Assembly: GCA_965224025.1 (NCBI GenBank)
Contig: OZ245033.1
Coordinates: 2,528,001-2,592,000 of the forward strand
Length of the DNA stretch: 64,000 bases
Source: Candidatus Multivorans sp.
Lineage (GTDB): Bacteria; Acidobacteriota; Thermoanaerobaculia; Multivoradales; Multivoraceae
Reading direction: 5' to 3'
The position numbers and the translations under genes are program-made. Below are positions 1 through 9,884 of the stretch, one piece after another. Every line of letters begins with the position of its first letter. Position 1 is the stretch's first letter. The notes beneath the pieces were generated by a model. It made no database searches. It was not told the origin of the DNA and saw nothing but the letters and a program-made list of their open reading frames with translations.

Positions 1-161
1 TGCTCGTAGCTCGGGAGCGTCCGCGGCCGGTCCTCCGCGTCCGAGTCACCGGCCTGGGTTCTCGCGAGAGGGAGGCGCTGAGCGTGCATGTCGAGTCGGG
101 TCCGTTCGGATGGGGTCCTTGCGGAACCTGTCAACGACATTGACACAGCGGGGTTCAGGAT

Positions 162-1160
162 TTACTGAGTGGTCTCTGCAGTCTCGTTGTCGGGCTTGTT
201 GATCCAGACGGCCCGGGGCAGTGGCGTGTGCATCGGTTGGCCGCCGACGAATCGTTCGGGTGAGCTCTCCCAGGCGGCGCTCAGCGTGCGTTGGCGCTGC
301 TCGATGACGGCTTGCGCCCGGCCGTAGTGGACGGTCTGGGGAGTCAGCATGGCGATGCCGGCATGGCGGTGTTCGGTGTTGTACCAGGGGAAGAAGGACC
401 TGCAGTAGTCGGTCGCGGCGTCCTGGCAGTTGAAGCGGCTGGGGAAGTCGGGGTGGTACTTGAGGGTCTTGAACTGTGCTTCGGAGTAGGGGTTGTCGTC
501 GCTGACCCGCGGTCGGCCCAGGGAGCGGTTCACGCCGAGGCGGGCGAGCAGTTGGGCGGTGCCCTGGCTGGTCATGGGGGCGCCTCGATCGGAATGCAGG
601 GTCAGGACATGGGGCTTGACGCCGTGCTTGAGGCGGGTCTCCTCGATGAGCCTTTGGGCGAGCGCGGAGTTCTCGCGGTCGGCGACCATCCAGCCGACCG
701 CGTAGCGGCTGAAGAGGTCGAGCAGGACGTAGAGGTAGTAGTAGGTCCAGGTCTGCGGTCCGAGCAGCCTGGTGATGTCCCACGACCAGACCTGGTTGGG
801 CGCGACAGCGACCAACTCCGGCTTGGCGTACGACGGATGGACGCGCTGATTGCGGCGGTCCCTCACGGGGTGGTTCGCTTCGAGGATGCGGTACATCGTG
901 CGCTCCGAGCACAGGTAGCGGCCCTCGTCGAGCAGGGTGGCCACCACTTCTCCCGGCGAACGATCGACGAAACGCGGCGACGCAAGCGTGGCCTCGACCC
1001 GTTTCCGCTCGATCTGGCTCAGTGCCCGGGCAGGCGTGGGGCGGGGCTGCCGTCGCCCGGGAGCGGGCCTCGCACGACGATAGAAGGTCGATCGCGACAC
1101 GCCCAGCGCCCGGCACGCCGGCGCGATGCCGACCTGCCGGGCCAGGGACCTTGCCGCCAT
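162..1160 (-). CDS. IS3-family transposase OrfB (integrase core, DDE)
   Basis: Motifs PNQVWSWDIT, LHSDRG and DDNPYSEAQFKTLKY. The ATG at 1160 overlaps the orfA stop. Confidence 0.9.
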   Translation of the reverse strand: MAARSLARQVGIAPACRALGVSRSTFYRRARPAPGRRQPRPTPARALSQIERKRVEATLASPRFVDRSPGEVVATLLDEGRYLCSERTMYRILEANHPVRDRRNQRVHPSYAKPELVAVAPNQVWSWDITRLLGPQTWTYYYLYVLLDLFSRYAVGWMVADRENSALAQRLIEETRLKHGVKPHVLTLHSDRGAPMTSQGTAQLLARLGVNRSLGRPRVSDDNPYSEAQFKTLKYHPDFPSRFNCQDAATDYCRSFFPWYNTEHRHAGIAMLTPQTVHYGRAQAVIEQRQRTLSAAWESSPERFVGGQPMHTPLPRAVWINKPDNETAETTQ

Positions 1161-1645
1161 CAGCAGTCCTTCCCGTCTTCGAGGCTGAATCCCAGCAGCC
1201 CTGCAACTTTTCCCTGGACGTCCAGGATCGTGTGCGCGGCGGCGACTTCCCTCTCGAGCCGCTTGACCTTCGCTTCCAGCCGCTTCACCTTCGGCATCAG
1301 AGGGTTGGCCTCGACAGGCTTGCGGCCCCGCTTCTTCGGCCTCAGACCGGAAAGCGCGCCCTCGCGCCGCGCCTTGCGCCAGTTGGCCAGATGGGAGCTG
1401 TACAGACCCTCTCGCCGCAACAGCCGACCCACCTCGCCGCGGTGGGTGCATCGATCCGCTTCCTCCAGAATCCGCAGCCGGTACTCCGCCGCGAACTGCC
1501 GTCGGGTCGGCTTCGCTACGACCTCCGGGTCGGGAACGCCCCCCGCGGACGCCGCGCCGGCCGCGGGGGCCTCGTCGCTACGCTCCTCAACCCCCGCGGC
1601 CGGGAGCTCCGAGCCGCCGCCAAACCTCTGCTCTCGTCTTGACAT
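1160..1645 (-). CDS. IS3-family transposase OrfA (HTH)
   Basis: Motifs RRQFAAEYRLRIL and LLRREGLYSSHLANWRK. An AAGGAGG RBS precedes the ATG at 1645. A G-GGA-AAA slippery heptamer lies at 1208-1214. Confidence 0.88.
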   Translation of the reverse strand: MSRREQRFGGGSELPAAGVEERSDEAPAAGAASAGGVPDPEVVAKPTRRQFAAEYRLRILEEADRCTHRGEVGRLLRREGLYSSHLANWRKARREGALSGLRPKKRGRKPVEANPLMPKVKRLEAKVKRLEREVAAAHTILDVQGKVAGLLGFSLEDGKDC

Positions 1646-2570
1646 TGATCCTCCTTGCCAACGCGTGCCCTCCACTATTCAACGGGATGCCCGCTGTGTC
1701 ACGTACGTTGGCAGAGAGGGTTGGCCGCTTCGCCTCGTCGGTCGCGGCTCGGAAGTCACCTTTGAGGCCGACGACGTTCCGCCGGGGGAGATGACATTGA
1801 TCGCTGCCGTTCCCTTTACCGGCCGCCTCCAGCGCCAATTGATCAATGTCGCGTCCGAGGGCGTTACCAGCGTGGGGATTGAGTTCAAGGACTTGGACAG
1901 CCGGATTGAAGGGGCGGTGACGGTCGACGGGAGGCCGCGGGCGGGAGAACCGGTCTTCGTGCTGAACGAGCGTCGCGGAGACGCGTGGGCCGTGAGGACG
2001 GATCAGCTCGGGCGTTTCGTGATCCAGGGTGTTGCGGCCGGCGATGAGATCGCCGTGGTCACGGTCGGTGAACGCAGGACCGTCCGGGTGGACGGGGAGC
2101 GCCTTGGTTTTTCCGCCCGCAGCGCCTCGCTGCGCGGGCGACTGGTTCTGACAGACAGCGCCTTTCCGGCCGCTGGCATGTTGGTCTTGGCGGTGCCGGT
2201 TCACACGTCGGCCGCCGCGGCGCGGCACGTCGGTCAGGCGGCGACGACCTACAGCGCCGAGGATGGATCTTTCTTCCTTGAGGGTCTGTTCGCAACCCGC
2301 TACCAAGTGCTCGTCCGCAGTCTGTCCGGTGGGCAGACCTTGGGTGCGATGGAAGTCGATCTTGACGCCGGCCCAGCGGATGTGACTCTAGCTGTTCGGC
2401 TTCCGCAGTGACCCGGCGTGGGCGCCGGCCGCGACGCTCGGCAAGCCGGAGCCGAACAGGGCTGGGCGGCAAACCGTTTCGGACCGCGGTCGCAGACAGT
2501 GGGCGTTGGGTCACATGGCGGAGGTCGACGGCGACGGTTTGGCCCTGATGCCGTTCGCCTAACCGTAGTT

Positions 2571-3568
<998 letters not shown>

Positions 3569-3572
<4 letters not shown>

Positions 3573-4924
3573 GAGGCCTTCACTCCCGGAACCGCGGCGG
3601 GCGGGACGGCGACCGGTTCGCTGACGGGGACTGCGTCGGCGCGGCCGAGCGAGGAGTACCTGAGTCCGGCCGCTGCCACCCGCTCGGGCTCGTAGAGATT
3701 GCGCAGATCGACGACCCGCGGTTCGCGCAGCAACTGCCTGAGACGGTCGAACTCGAGCGCGCGGAACTGGTTCCACTCGGTGAGGATGACCAGCAGGTCG
3801 GCGCCCTCGGCGGCCTCGTACTGGTCGCCGCAGTACACGGCCTCGGGGCGGATGCGGCGGGCCTTTTCCATCGCGGCCGGGTCGTAGACGCGGACATCGG
3901 CGCCGCGGGCGAGCAGTCGATCAAGCACGAACAGGGCCGGCGATTCGCGGATGTCGTCGGTGTCGGGCTTGAAGGACAGCCCGAGCAGCGCCACCGTCTT
4001 GCCCCTGGGATCGCCGAGCACGGACTCGATCTTGGCGAGCATCCGTTCCTGGACCCGGCGATTGACGTGGAGCGTCGCCTCGACGATTTCGGCGCGGGCG
4101 CCGGCGTCACGCGCCATGGAAACCATGGCCCGCGTGTCCTTGGGAAAGCAGGAGCCGCCGAAGCCAGGCCCCGGGCGCAGGAACAGAGGTCCTATCCGCT
4201 TGTCGAGGCCCATGCCGTGGGCCACGACCTGGACGTCGGCAGAGGTCAGCTCGCACAGCTCCGCGACTTCGTTGATGAAGGAGATGCGGGTGGCGAGGAA
4301 GCTGTTCGAGGCGTACTTGATCATCTCCGCGGTCTCGACGTCGGTGACCACGATGGGCACGCCGCGGGCGCGCAGCGGTGAGTAGATATCGAGCATGATG
4401 TCGGTGGCGCGCTGATCGCGGCTGCCGATGACGAGGCGGTCCGGGCGCATGAAGTCCTCGATCGCGGAGCCCTCGCGCAGGAACTCGGGGTTGCTGACCA
4501 CGGAGAAGGTGCGGCCGTAGCCGATGATCTCCTCGATCATGCGGCCGGTGCCCACGGGCACCGTGCTCTTGGTGACGATCGCCTTGTAGCCGTTGAGTCG
4601 CCCGCTGATCGCCTGGGCCACTTCGCGCACGTAGCGGAGATCCGAGGAGCCGTCCTCGCGCGGCGGCGTGCCGACGGCGATGAACACGGCCGCCGCGGCT
4701 TCGAGCGCGGGCCCCAGCTCGGTCGTGAAGCTCAGTCGCCCGGCTTCCTCGTTCTTCGCCGCCAGGGTCGCCAGACCGGGTTCGTAGATCGGAATCCGGC
4801 CCGCCTGCAACTGGGCGATCTTCGCCTCGTCCTGGTCGACGCAGACGACATCCATGCCGAAGTCGGCCAGGCACGCGCCCGTGACCAAGCCGACGTAGCC
4901 GGAACCGACGACGCAGATTCTCAC
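3569..4924 (-). CDS. ugd: UDP-glucose 6-dehydrogenase
   Basis: Motifs [26 protein letters not shown] and [11 protein letters not shown]. Confidence 0.95.
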
Positions 4925-5018
4925 CTGCGCTGTTATATAACAGCGAGCGGAAGGCGTCGCTTCCCGCGCTGGGTTGCGGTGCGTACAGAGGACATTTCCG
5001 AAGAGTCAGGGTGAGTCG

Positions 5019-5255
5019 ATGAAGCGTGGACGACGGCTGAGCAACGCGATAGCAACCCGGAAGTCGGTGATCACCGCGCCGCGCAGCTTCTCGAAGGTGC
5101 AGCGGAACGAGCCGTGCCCGTGCGGCAGCGGCAGGAAGTACAAGGACTGCCACTTCGCCGAGGGCGAGGCCTTCCTGCGCAAGCTGGAACGCCGGCGCTT
5201 CAAGGAGCAGCAGAAGGCGGACGGTACGCCCTGGTACGTGCGCTGGCTGACCTGA
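5019..5255 (+). CDS. Small SEC-C metal-binding motif protein
   Basis: Contains the SEC-C motif [17 protein letters not shown]. Confidence 0.8.
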   Translation: MKRGRRLSNAIATRKSVITAPRSFSKVQRNEPCPCGSGRKYKDCHFAEGEAFLRKLERRRFKEQQKADGTPWYVRWLT

Positions 5256-5259
5256 TCCG

Positions 5260-6168
5260 TCAGACCGGCGTCGGCGCCGCCCCCGCGTCGACCCCGGCGT
5301 CGTGGTCCTGCTTCGCCTTCAGCAGTTGCGGCATGATCAGATCGATCTCGCGATTGTTCCACATGCCTTCCTTGCTGAACTTCCGGATCACCTTGGGCTG
5401 CTGCATGATGCCGATCCAGCCGCGCATCACGTCGATGATCTGAGCGGTCATCTCCTGGCCGGCGTCCGAGGCCAGCCAGGCGCACACGGGGGCGATCTGG
5501 TTGGGGCTCTGCTCGGGAGCGTTCTCGTCGACCTGCATGCCGCGCGAGGCGCGCAGCTCGGCCGTCATGCGGGTCGTGGCGCCGGGGGAGATCGTGTTCA
5601 CGGTGCAACCGTATTTGGCCAGTTCCAGCGCCAGCACCCGGGAGAGACCGGCGATTCCGGCCTTGGCGGCGGCGTAGTTCGACTGTCCGAAGTTGCCGTA
5701 CAGGCCCGAGACGGAGGAGAAATTGATGATCCGGCAGCCCGTCCGGTTCGTCCCACGGATGTAGTTGGCGAACGGCCGGCTGCAGCAGTAGTGGCCCTTC
5801 AGATGGACATCGAGCACCGCGTCCCAGTCCGCCTCTTCCAGATTGAAGATCGTCCGGTCGCGGAGGATGCCCGCGTTGTTGACCAGTATGTCCAGGGCGC
5901 CGAACGAGTCGATGGCGGTCTTGAAGATGTTCTGCCCACCCTCGACCGTGGCTACCGAGTCGTAGTTCGGCGCCGCCGAGCCGCCGGCGCTGCGGATCTC
6001 CTCGACGACCTGGTCGGCGATGCGTGAACCGCCGGTGCCGTCGGTGGCGCCGCCGAGGTCGTTGACCACCACGTTCGCGCCTTCCTCCGCGAACTTGAGC
6101 GCGATGCCCTTGCCGATGCCGCGTCCGGCGCCGGTGACGATTGCGGTCCTGCCCTCGAGGATTCCCAT
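5260..6168 (-). CDS. SDR oxidoreductase (MFE-2-like 3-hydroxyacyl-CoA dehydrogenase / 3-oxoacyl reductase)
   Basis: Motifs TGAGRGIG, VVVNDLG, NNAGILRD and YAAAK. Confidence 0.9.
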   Translation of the reverse strand: MGILEGRTAIVTGAGRGIGKGIALKFAEEGANVVVNDLGGATDGTGGSRIADQVVEEIRSAGGSAAPNYDSVATVEGGQNIFKTAIDSFGALDILVNNAGILRDRTIFNLEEADWDAVLDVHLKGHYCCSRPFANYIRGTNRTGCRIINFSSVSGLYGNFGQSNYAAAKAGIAGLSRVLALELAKYGCTVNTISPGATTRMTAELRASRGMQVDENAPEQSPNQIAPVCAWLASDAGQEMTAQIIDVMRGWIGIMQQPKVIRKFSKEGMWNNREIDLIMPQLLKAKQDHDAGVDAGAAPTPV

Positions 6169-6187
6169 GATCTTGCTATCTCCGTCG

Positions 6188-6211
6188 GTTGTCGTTGTCG
6201 TTGTCGTTGTC
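6188..6211. repeat. (GTTGTC)4 simple tandem repeat
   Basis: Four perfect hexamer copies just upstream of the RBS of the SDR gene. Confidence 0.85.
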
Positions 6212-6255
6212 GGGGGCGTACTGTACCGCCCCTTTCGGCGGCTCGTCGCGGACGC

Positions 6256-6564
6256 TCAGGCGACGACCGCGAGGCCCTGGCTCACCGCTTCCTCGCCCTC
6301 CGCGTTCAGCACCCGGAAGGCGATCTGCCGGCCGCCGTCCGCTTCGCCGCCGAGGAGGTGGCGGCCTCTGCCGTTGCTGACCACCGGCCACTCCAGGGAT
6401 ACGCAGTAGGAGGGCGGCGCCGCGATGCCTCCACCGCGAGCGTCGTCGAACACGGACTCGCAGGTGTCGCCGATGCCGGCGGCGTAGGCGAGCGCGTCGC
6501 GCACGGTGATCAGGCGTTCATGGGGCGGCAGGTCGCTGCCGGCCGCGGCGGTGGAGATCGGCAT
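6256..6564 (-). pseudogene. MaoC/hydratase-2-like hotdog dehydratase, apparently internally deleted
   Basis: The N-terminus (RDALAYAAGIGD...AAPPSYCVSLEWP) is joined directly to a C-terminal-like strand (IAFRVLNAEGEEAVSQG). At only 102 aa it lacks the central hydratase motif. Confidence 0.55.
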
Positions 6565-6592
6565 CGTGGGTGCTCCGGTCCGTCGGGACGGG

Positions 6593-7210
6593 TCAGTCGG
6601 TGGCGCCGCCGAGGCGCCGTTCGAGATCCTGGAGACGGTTCTTCAACTCGTCGAGTTCCGCCCGGGCGGCGCCGCCGCCGTCTTCTTGCTGCGTTGCGGC
6701 AGGGGCACTCGGTTCGGGCGCGGTCGGCTTTGCCGACCGCGCCGGTTCCTCGCTGCCGCCGGTGTTCCGCCCGGCGCCGAACACGCCCTCCACCTGGCGG
6801 CTCATCTGCGCCTGCATCTGCTCGGCGATGGCGCGTGGATCCCAGAGCCGCATCCAGGATGGATCGGGTGCGAAGGGATTCCTGCTCACCGTCTCCCGCA
6901 CGCGCTCGTAAACCTCGCCGGCGCTCTTGAGGTACCACTGGAAGAAATCGCGGCCGGCCTGGTCGCGGGCCCGCACCAGGTCGCGCAGGAACTCCAGCGG
7001 CGGCCCCCTCTCAGGGTCCTTGGCGCCGTCGACGATGATCTGAGTGAGCACGTGGCGGGTCACGTCCTCGCCCGTCTTCGAGTCGACGACCTGGATGTCC
7101 TCGCCGCTCCGCACCATCTCGGCGACGCCGTCGAGGTTCACGTAGTGGCTGTTGCGGGTGTCGTAGAGCCGCCGGTTCTCGTACTTCTTGATGACGATTG
7201 GCGAGGTCAT
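6593..7210 (-). CDS. phaR: Polyhydroxyalkanoate synthesis regulator PhaR
   Basis: Motif IKKYENRRLYDT...YVNL...VVDSKTGEDVTRHVLTQII. Confidence 0.9.
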   Translation of the reverse strand: MTSPIVIKKYENRRLYDTRNSHYVNLDGVAEMVRSGEDIQVVDSKTGEDVTRHVLTQIIVDGAKDPERGPPLEFLRDLVRARDQAGRDFFQWYLKSAGEVYERVRETVSRNPFAPDPSWMRLWDPRAIAEQMQAQMSRQVEGVFGAGRNTGGSEEPARSAKPTAPEPSAPAATQQEDGGGAARAELDELKNRLQDLERRLGGATD

Positions 7211-7277
7211 CTAAGGGGGTTGGCTCATTCGACGAGAGCGGAGGTCATTTCGTGCTGGGTCGCTCATTGCTCGGGGG

Positions 7278-7324
7278 TTGACACAGCGCAGCATAACGTG
7301 CAGGATTCATGCTGCACTGCACAA
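7278..7324. promoter_or_regulatory. Putative PhaR operator / divergent promoter
   Basis: Inverted pair CAGCGCAGCAT (7284-7294) and ATGCTGCACTG (7309-7319), matching 10/11. TGCACTGCACAA lies at 7313-7324 and TTGACA at 7278-7283. PhaR boxes are known to be TGC-rich. Confidence 0.55.
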
Positions 7325-7440
7325 GAAGGGCGCTGTCGATGGACGCCACCGTCGTCGGTGCATACTTCGAAACAGGCCAGACGAGCCGAAACCACATGGA
7401 CGAATCCGAACCAAGGATCGTACCACTCAGGAGACTTCAG

Positions 7441-7779
7441 ATGACGACCAGTACAGCAACCAGCACGACGAAAAGCCCCATGCAGCCCTGGCGTGGAACG
7501 ATGATCGACGCCAACCGCCGGGTGCTCGACTTCCAGAAGCGGGCGTTCGACACCAGCTTCGACATGGTGGCCAGGATGCAGGAGCGCCAGGAAGAGGCGG
7601 TCGGCAACTGGGTTGAGAACGCAGACCGGATTCCGGCAGAGGCCAAGAGCCTGGTGCGGGAGTGGACCCGGCTGTTCCAGGACAGCCGCAACGCCTACCG
7701 CGCCGCGGTGGAGACCAGCTTCGGTCTCGCCAACAGCTACCTCGACTCGCTCGCGCCGCAGGCGACCGAAGAGTCGTAG
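7441..7779 (+). CDS. Phasin-like granule-associated protein
   Basis: Small helical protein with an AGGAG RBS, located between phaR and phaE/phaC. Confidence 0.6.
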   Translation: MTTSTATSTTKSPMQPWRGTMIDANRRVLDFQKRAFDTSFDMVARMQERQEEAVGNWVENADRIPAEAKSLVREWTRLFQDSRNAYRAAVETSFGLANSYLDSLAPQATEES

Positions 7780-7903
7780 TCGGCCAGCGGGGATCGGCTC
7801 GTTCAGCGCCGGCTCCAGGCGGCGGCCACGACGTCGCCTGGAGCCGGCCGCTCCGGGCCGCTCCAGATCGCAGACGGACTAGACTTGGGACACCGCTCCC
7901 GCC

Positions 7904-8413
7904 ATGGCCGACGACCGCCGCACCGCCAAGCCCACGAATCCGCCGCCCGATCCCTTCGCCATGTGGCGGGAGTGGGTCACGAAGTCCGAGCAGCAGATGA
8001 ACCAGGTGTTCAACCAGATGATGGGGACGGAGGAGTTCGCCCGCGCCTCGGGGAGCTGGGTCGAGGCGATGACGATGTTCCAGCAGACGATGAACGAGAA
8101 CGCCCAGCGTTACTTCCAGATGGCGGGCGTGCCGACGCGGACGGACGTCAGCGAGCTCGCCGAGCGGCTGACGGCGGTGGAGGAGCGGCTGCAACGGATC
8201 GAGGCGCTGCTGGCCGAAGCGGTGGGACGCAAGCAGGGACGGAACCAGGCGGTCCAGCCGGCACGGACGCGCCGTCCACCGTCCGAACGCCGTCCGCCTT
8301 CCGAACAGAGGGCGGCGGAGCAGCCTGAACCGCGGACGGCCGCCGAGTTGGTCGATGCCGTGCCAGCCGGTTCGGATGCGGCGTCCGCCGGGACAGGGGC
8401 GGCGCCGAAATGA
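7904..8413 (+). CDS. PhaE/PhaR-subunit-like partner of class III/IV PHA synthase
   Basis: Motif DPFAMWREW...GVPTRTDVSELAERLTAVEERL. Its stop overlaps the phaC start. Confidence 0.7.
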   Translation: MADDRRTAKPTNPPPDPFAMWREWVTKSEQQMNQVFNQMMGTEEFARASGSWVEAMTMFQQTMNENAQRYFQMAGVPTRTDVSELAERLTAVEERLQRIEALLAEAVGRKQGRNQAVQPARTRRPPSERRPPSEQRAAEQPEPRTAAELVDAVPAGSDAASAGTGAAPK

Positions 8414-9564
8414 CGACCGCGACGGCCACGTCTGCGGCCGCGTCGACGCCGAGGCAGCAGCCGGACCGATCGGCGAACCGCACCGTCCTCGACATGGCCG
8501 GCGTCGCCGAGAGCGTTCGCCGCGAGATGGAGCGCGCGTTCCGCCGCGGCGTCAAGGGACTGCAGTACGTCTCGACCGGCGATCCGGGCGTCGGGTTGAC
8601 GCCGAAGGACATCGTCCACAGCCGCGGCACCCTGCGTCTCTACCACTACCGAGCCCGCGTCGACGAGGTCTACCGGACGCCGATCCTGCTGGTCATGTCC
8701 CTGATCAGCAAGCCGTACATTCTCGACCTTGCGCCGGGCCAGAGCCTGATCGAGTTCCTGCTCGACCGCGGCTTCGACGTCTACATGATCGACTGGGGCG
8801 CGCCCAGGCCGGAAGACAAGCGGCTCCGGCTCGAGGACTACGTGCTCGACTTCATCCCGGAGTGCGTCGAAACCGTTCATGAGCGCAGCGGCGAGCCCGA
8901 CGTGTCGATGGTCGGCTACTGCATGGGCGGGCTGCTGGCGGCGCTCTACGCGGCTCTTCATCCCGACGCGGCGTCGGGCGGCCGGCTCCGCAACCTGGCC
9001 TGCTTCACCACGCCGGTCAACTACGACGGCATGGGCCTGTTCAGGACCTGGACCGACCCGGCCCACTTCGATGTCGACCGGATCGTCGACCGGCTGGGCA
9101 ACGTGCCGCCGCAACTGCTCTACGCCTCGTTCAACGCGCTGCGGCCGGCCTCCCAGGTCGCGGGCCGGGTGCGGCTCTGGGACAACATGTGGAACGACGA
9201 GTTCGTGACCTCCTACCGCCGGCTCCAGCGCTGGGCGGCGGATCAGATCCACTTCCCGGGCGAGTGCTTCCGCCAGACCACGAAGGAGCTGCAGCAGCAG
9301 AATCTCCTGTTGAAGGGCGAGTTCCAGCTCGGCGGCCGGGTGGTCGACCTGTCGAACATTCGCGTCCCCTTCATCCACGTGGTGGCGGAGCACGATCACA
9401 TCGTGCCGTACGAAGCGGCGCGCGACCTGGTGGGAATGGTCGGCGCCGAGGACAGGGAGGAGATCATGCTCAAGGGCGGACACGTCAGCCTGGTCGCGGG
9501 CGCCAACGCGGTGCGCCGCCTGTGGCCGCGGCTTGAGGAGTGGTTGGCCGAACGGTCGGTGTAA
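8410..9564 (+). CDS. phaC: Class III-type PHA synthase PhaC
   Basis: Motifs PYILDLAPGQS, lipase box GYCMGG, DHIVP and GGHVSL; about 384 aa. Confidence 0.9.
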   Translation: MTTATATSAAASTPRQQPDRSANRTVLDMAGVAESVRREMERAFRRGVKGLQYVSTGDPGVGLTPKDIVHSRGTLRLYHYRARVDEVYRTPILLVMSLISKPYILDLAPGQSLIEFLLDRGFDVYMIDWGAPRPEDKRLRLEDYVLDFIPECVETVHERSGEPDVSMVGYCMGGLLAALYAALHPDAASGGRLRNLACFTTPVNYDGMGLFRTWTDPAHFDVDRIVDRLGNVPPQLLYASFNALRPASQVAGRVRLWDNMWNDEFVTSYRRLQRWAADQIHFPGECFRQTTKELQQQNLLLKGEFQLGGRVVDLSNIRVPFIHVVAEHDHIVPYEAARDLVGMVGAEDREEIMLKGGHVSLVAGANAVRRLWPRLEEWLAERSV

Positions 9565-9580
9565 GCGTCGGCCTCCTACC

Positions 9581-9606
9581 TGGGAACGCGGGCGTCTCGC
9601 CCGCAT
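9581..9606. repeat. REP-like GC palindrome (copy 1)
   Basis: GCGGGC-GTCTC-GCCCGC downstream of phaC. Related copies occur at 52144, 55065 and 62949. Confidence 0.65.
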
Positions 9607-9884
9607 CGGGCTCGGCGGCCGCGGCTGGCGTGACATCTGAGGACTACGAAGGGAGGTCCACGGGATGACTGAACAGAAGCGTTATGGCTGAACCGAAGAA
9701 TGGGGGCGGAGCCAATCCCGTTTCCATCTCGCACACCGGTCGCGGCTGACGCCACGGACGAACTGGGCGCGCCGGGCTGCCCGGAAACCCACTGGATGCG
9801 CCGGCCTTCCGGCCGGCATCCGGCGCGCTACGATCCCGGTTCTGAAACCATCAGTGGGTTGCTGAACGCCCGGGAGAACCAGCC

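Larger units (their letters stand above)
122..1720 (-). mobile_element. IS3-family insertion sequence (complete)
   Basis: Contains orfA and orfB (DDE/rve). Imperfect IRs at 129-152 (TGTCAACGACATTGACACAGCGGG) and 1690-1713 match at 19/24. A 3-bp TTG duplication sits at 119-121 and 1721-1723. Confidence 0.88.
3..2411 (+). pseudogene. Carboxypeptidase-regulatory-like domain protein, 5'-partial, interrupted by the IS at 122-1720
   Basis: Removing 122-1720 plus one TTG copy restores an open frame: ...RVRVTGLGSREREALSVHVESGPFGWGPW-PLRLVGRGSEV... It continues with repeated beta-sandwich motifs (IEGAVTVDGRP, TDQLGRFVIQGV, SAEDGSFFLEGL) to the stop at 2411. Confidence 0.7.

Noticed and set aside
291-2411. 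706-aa ORF as a single gene
   Set aside because: Its first roughly 475 codons are the antisense strand of the IS3 element. Only 1721-2411 is genuine coding sequence, belonging to the interrupted gene.
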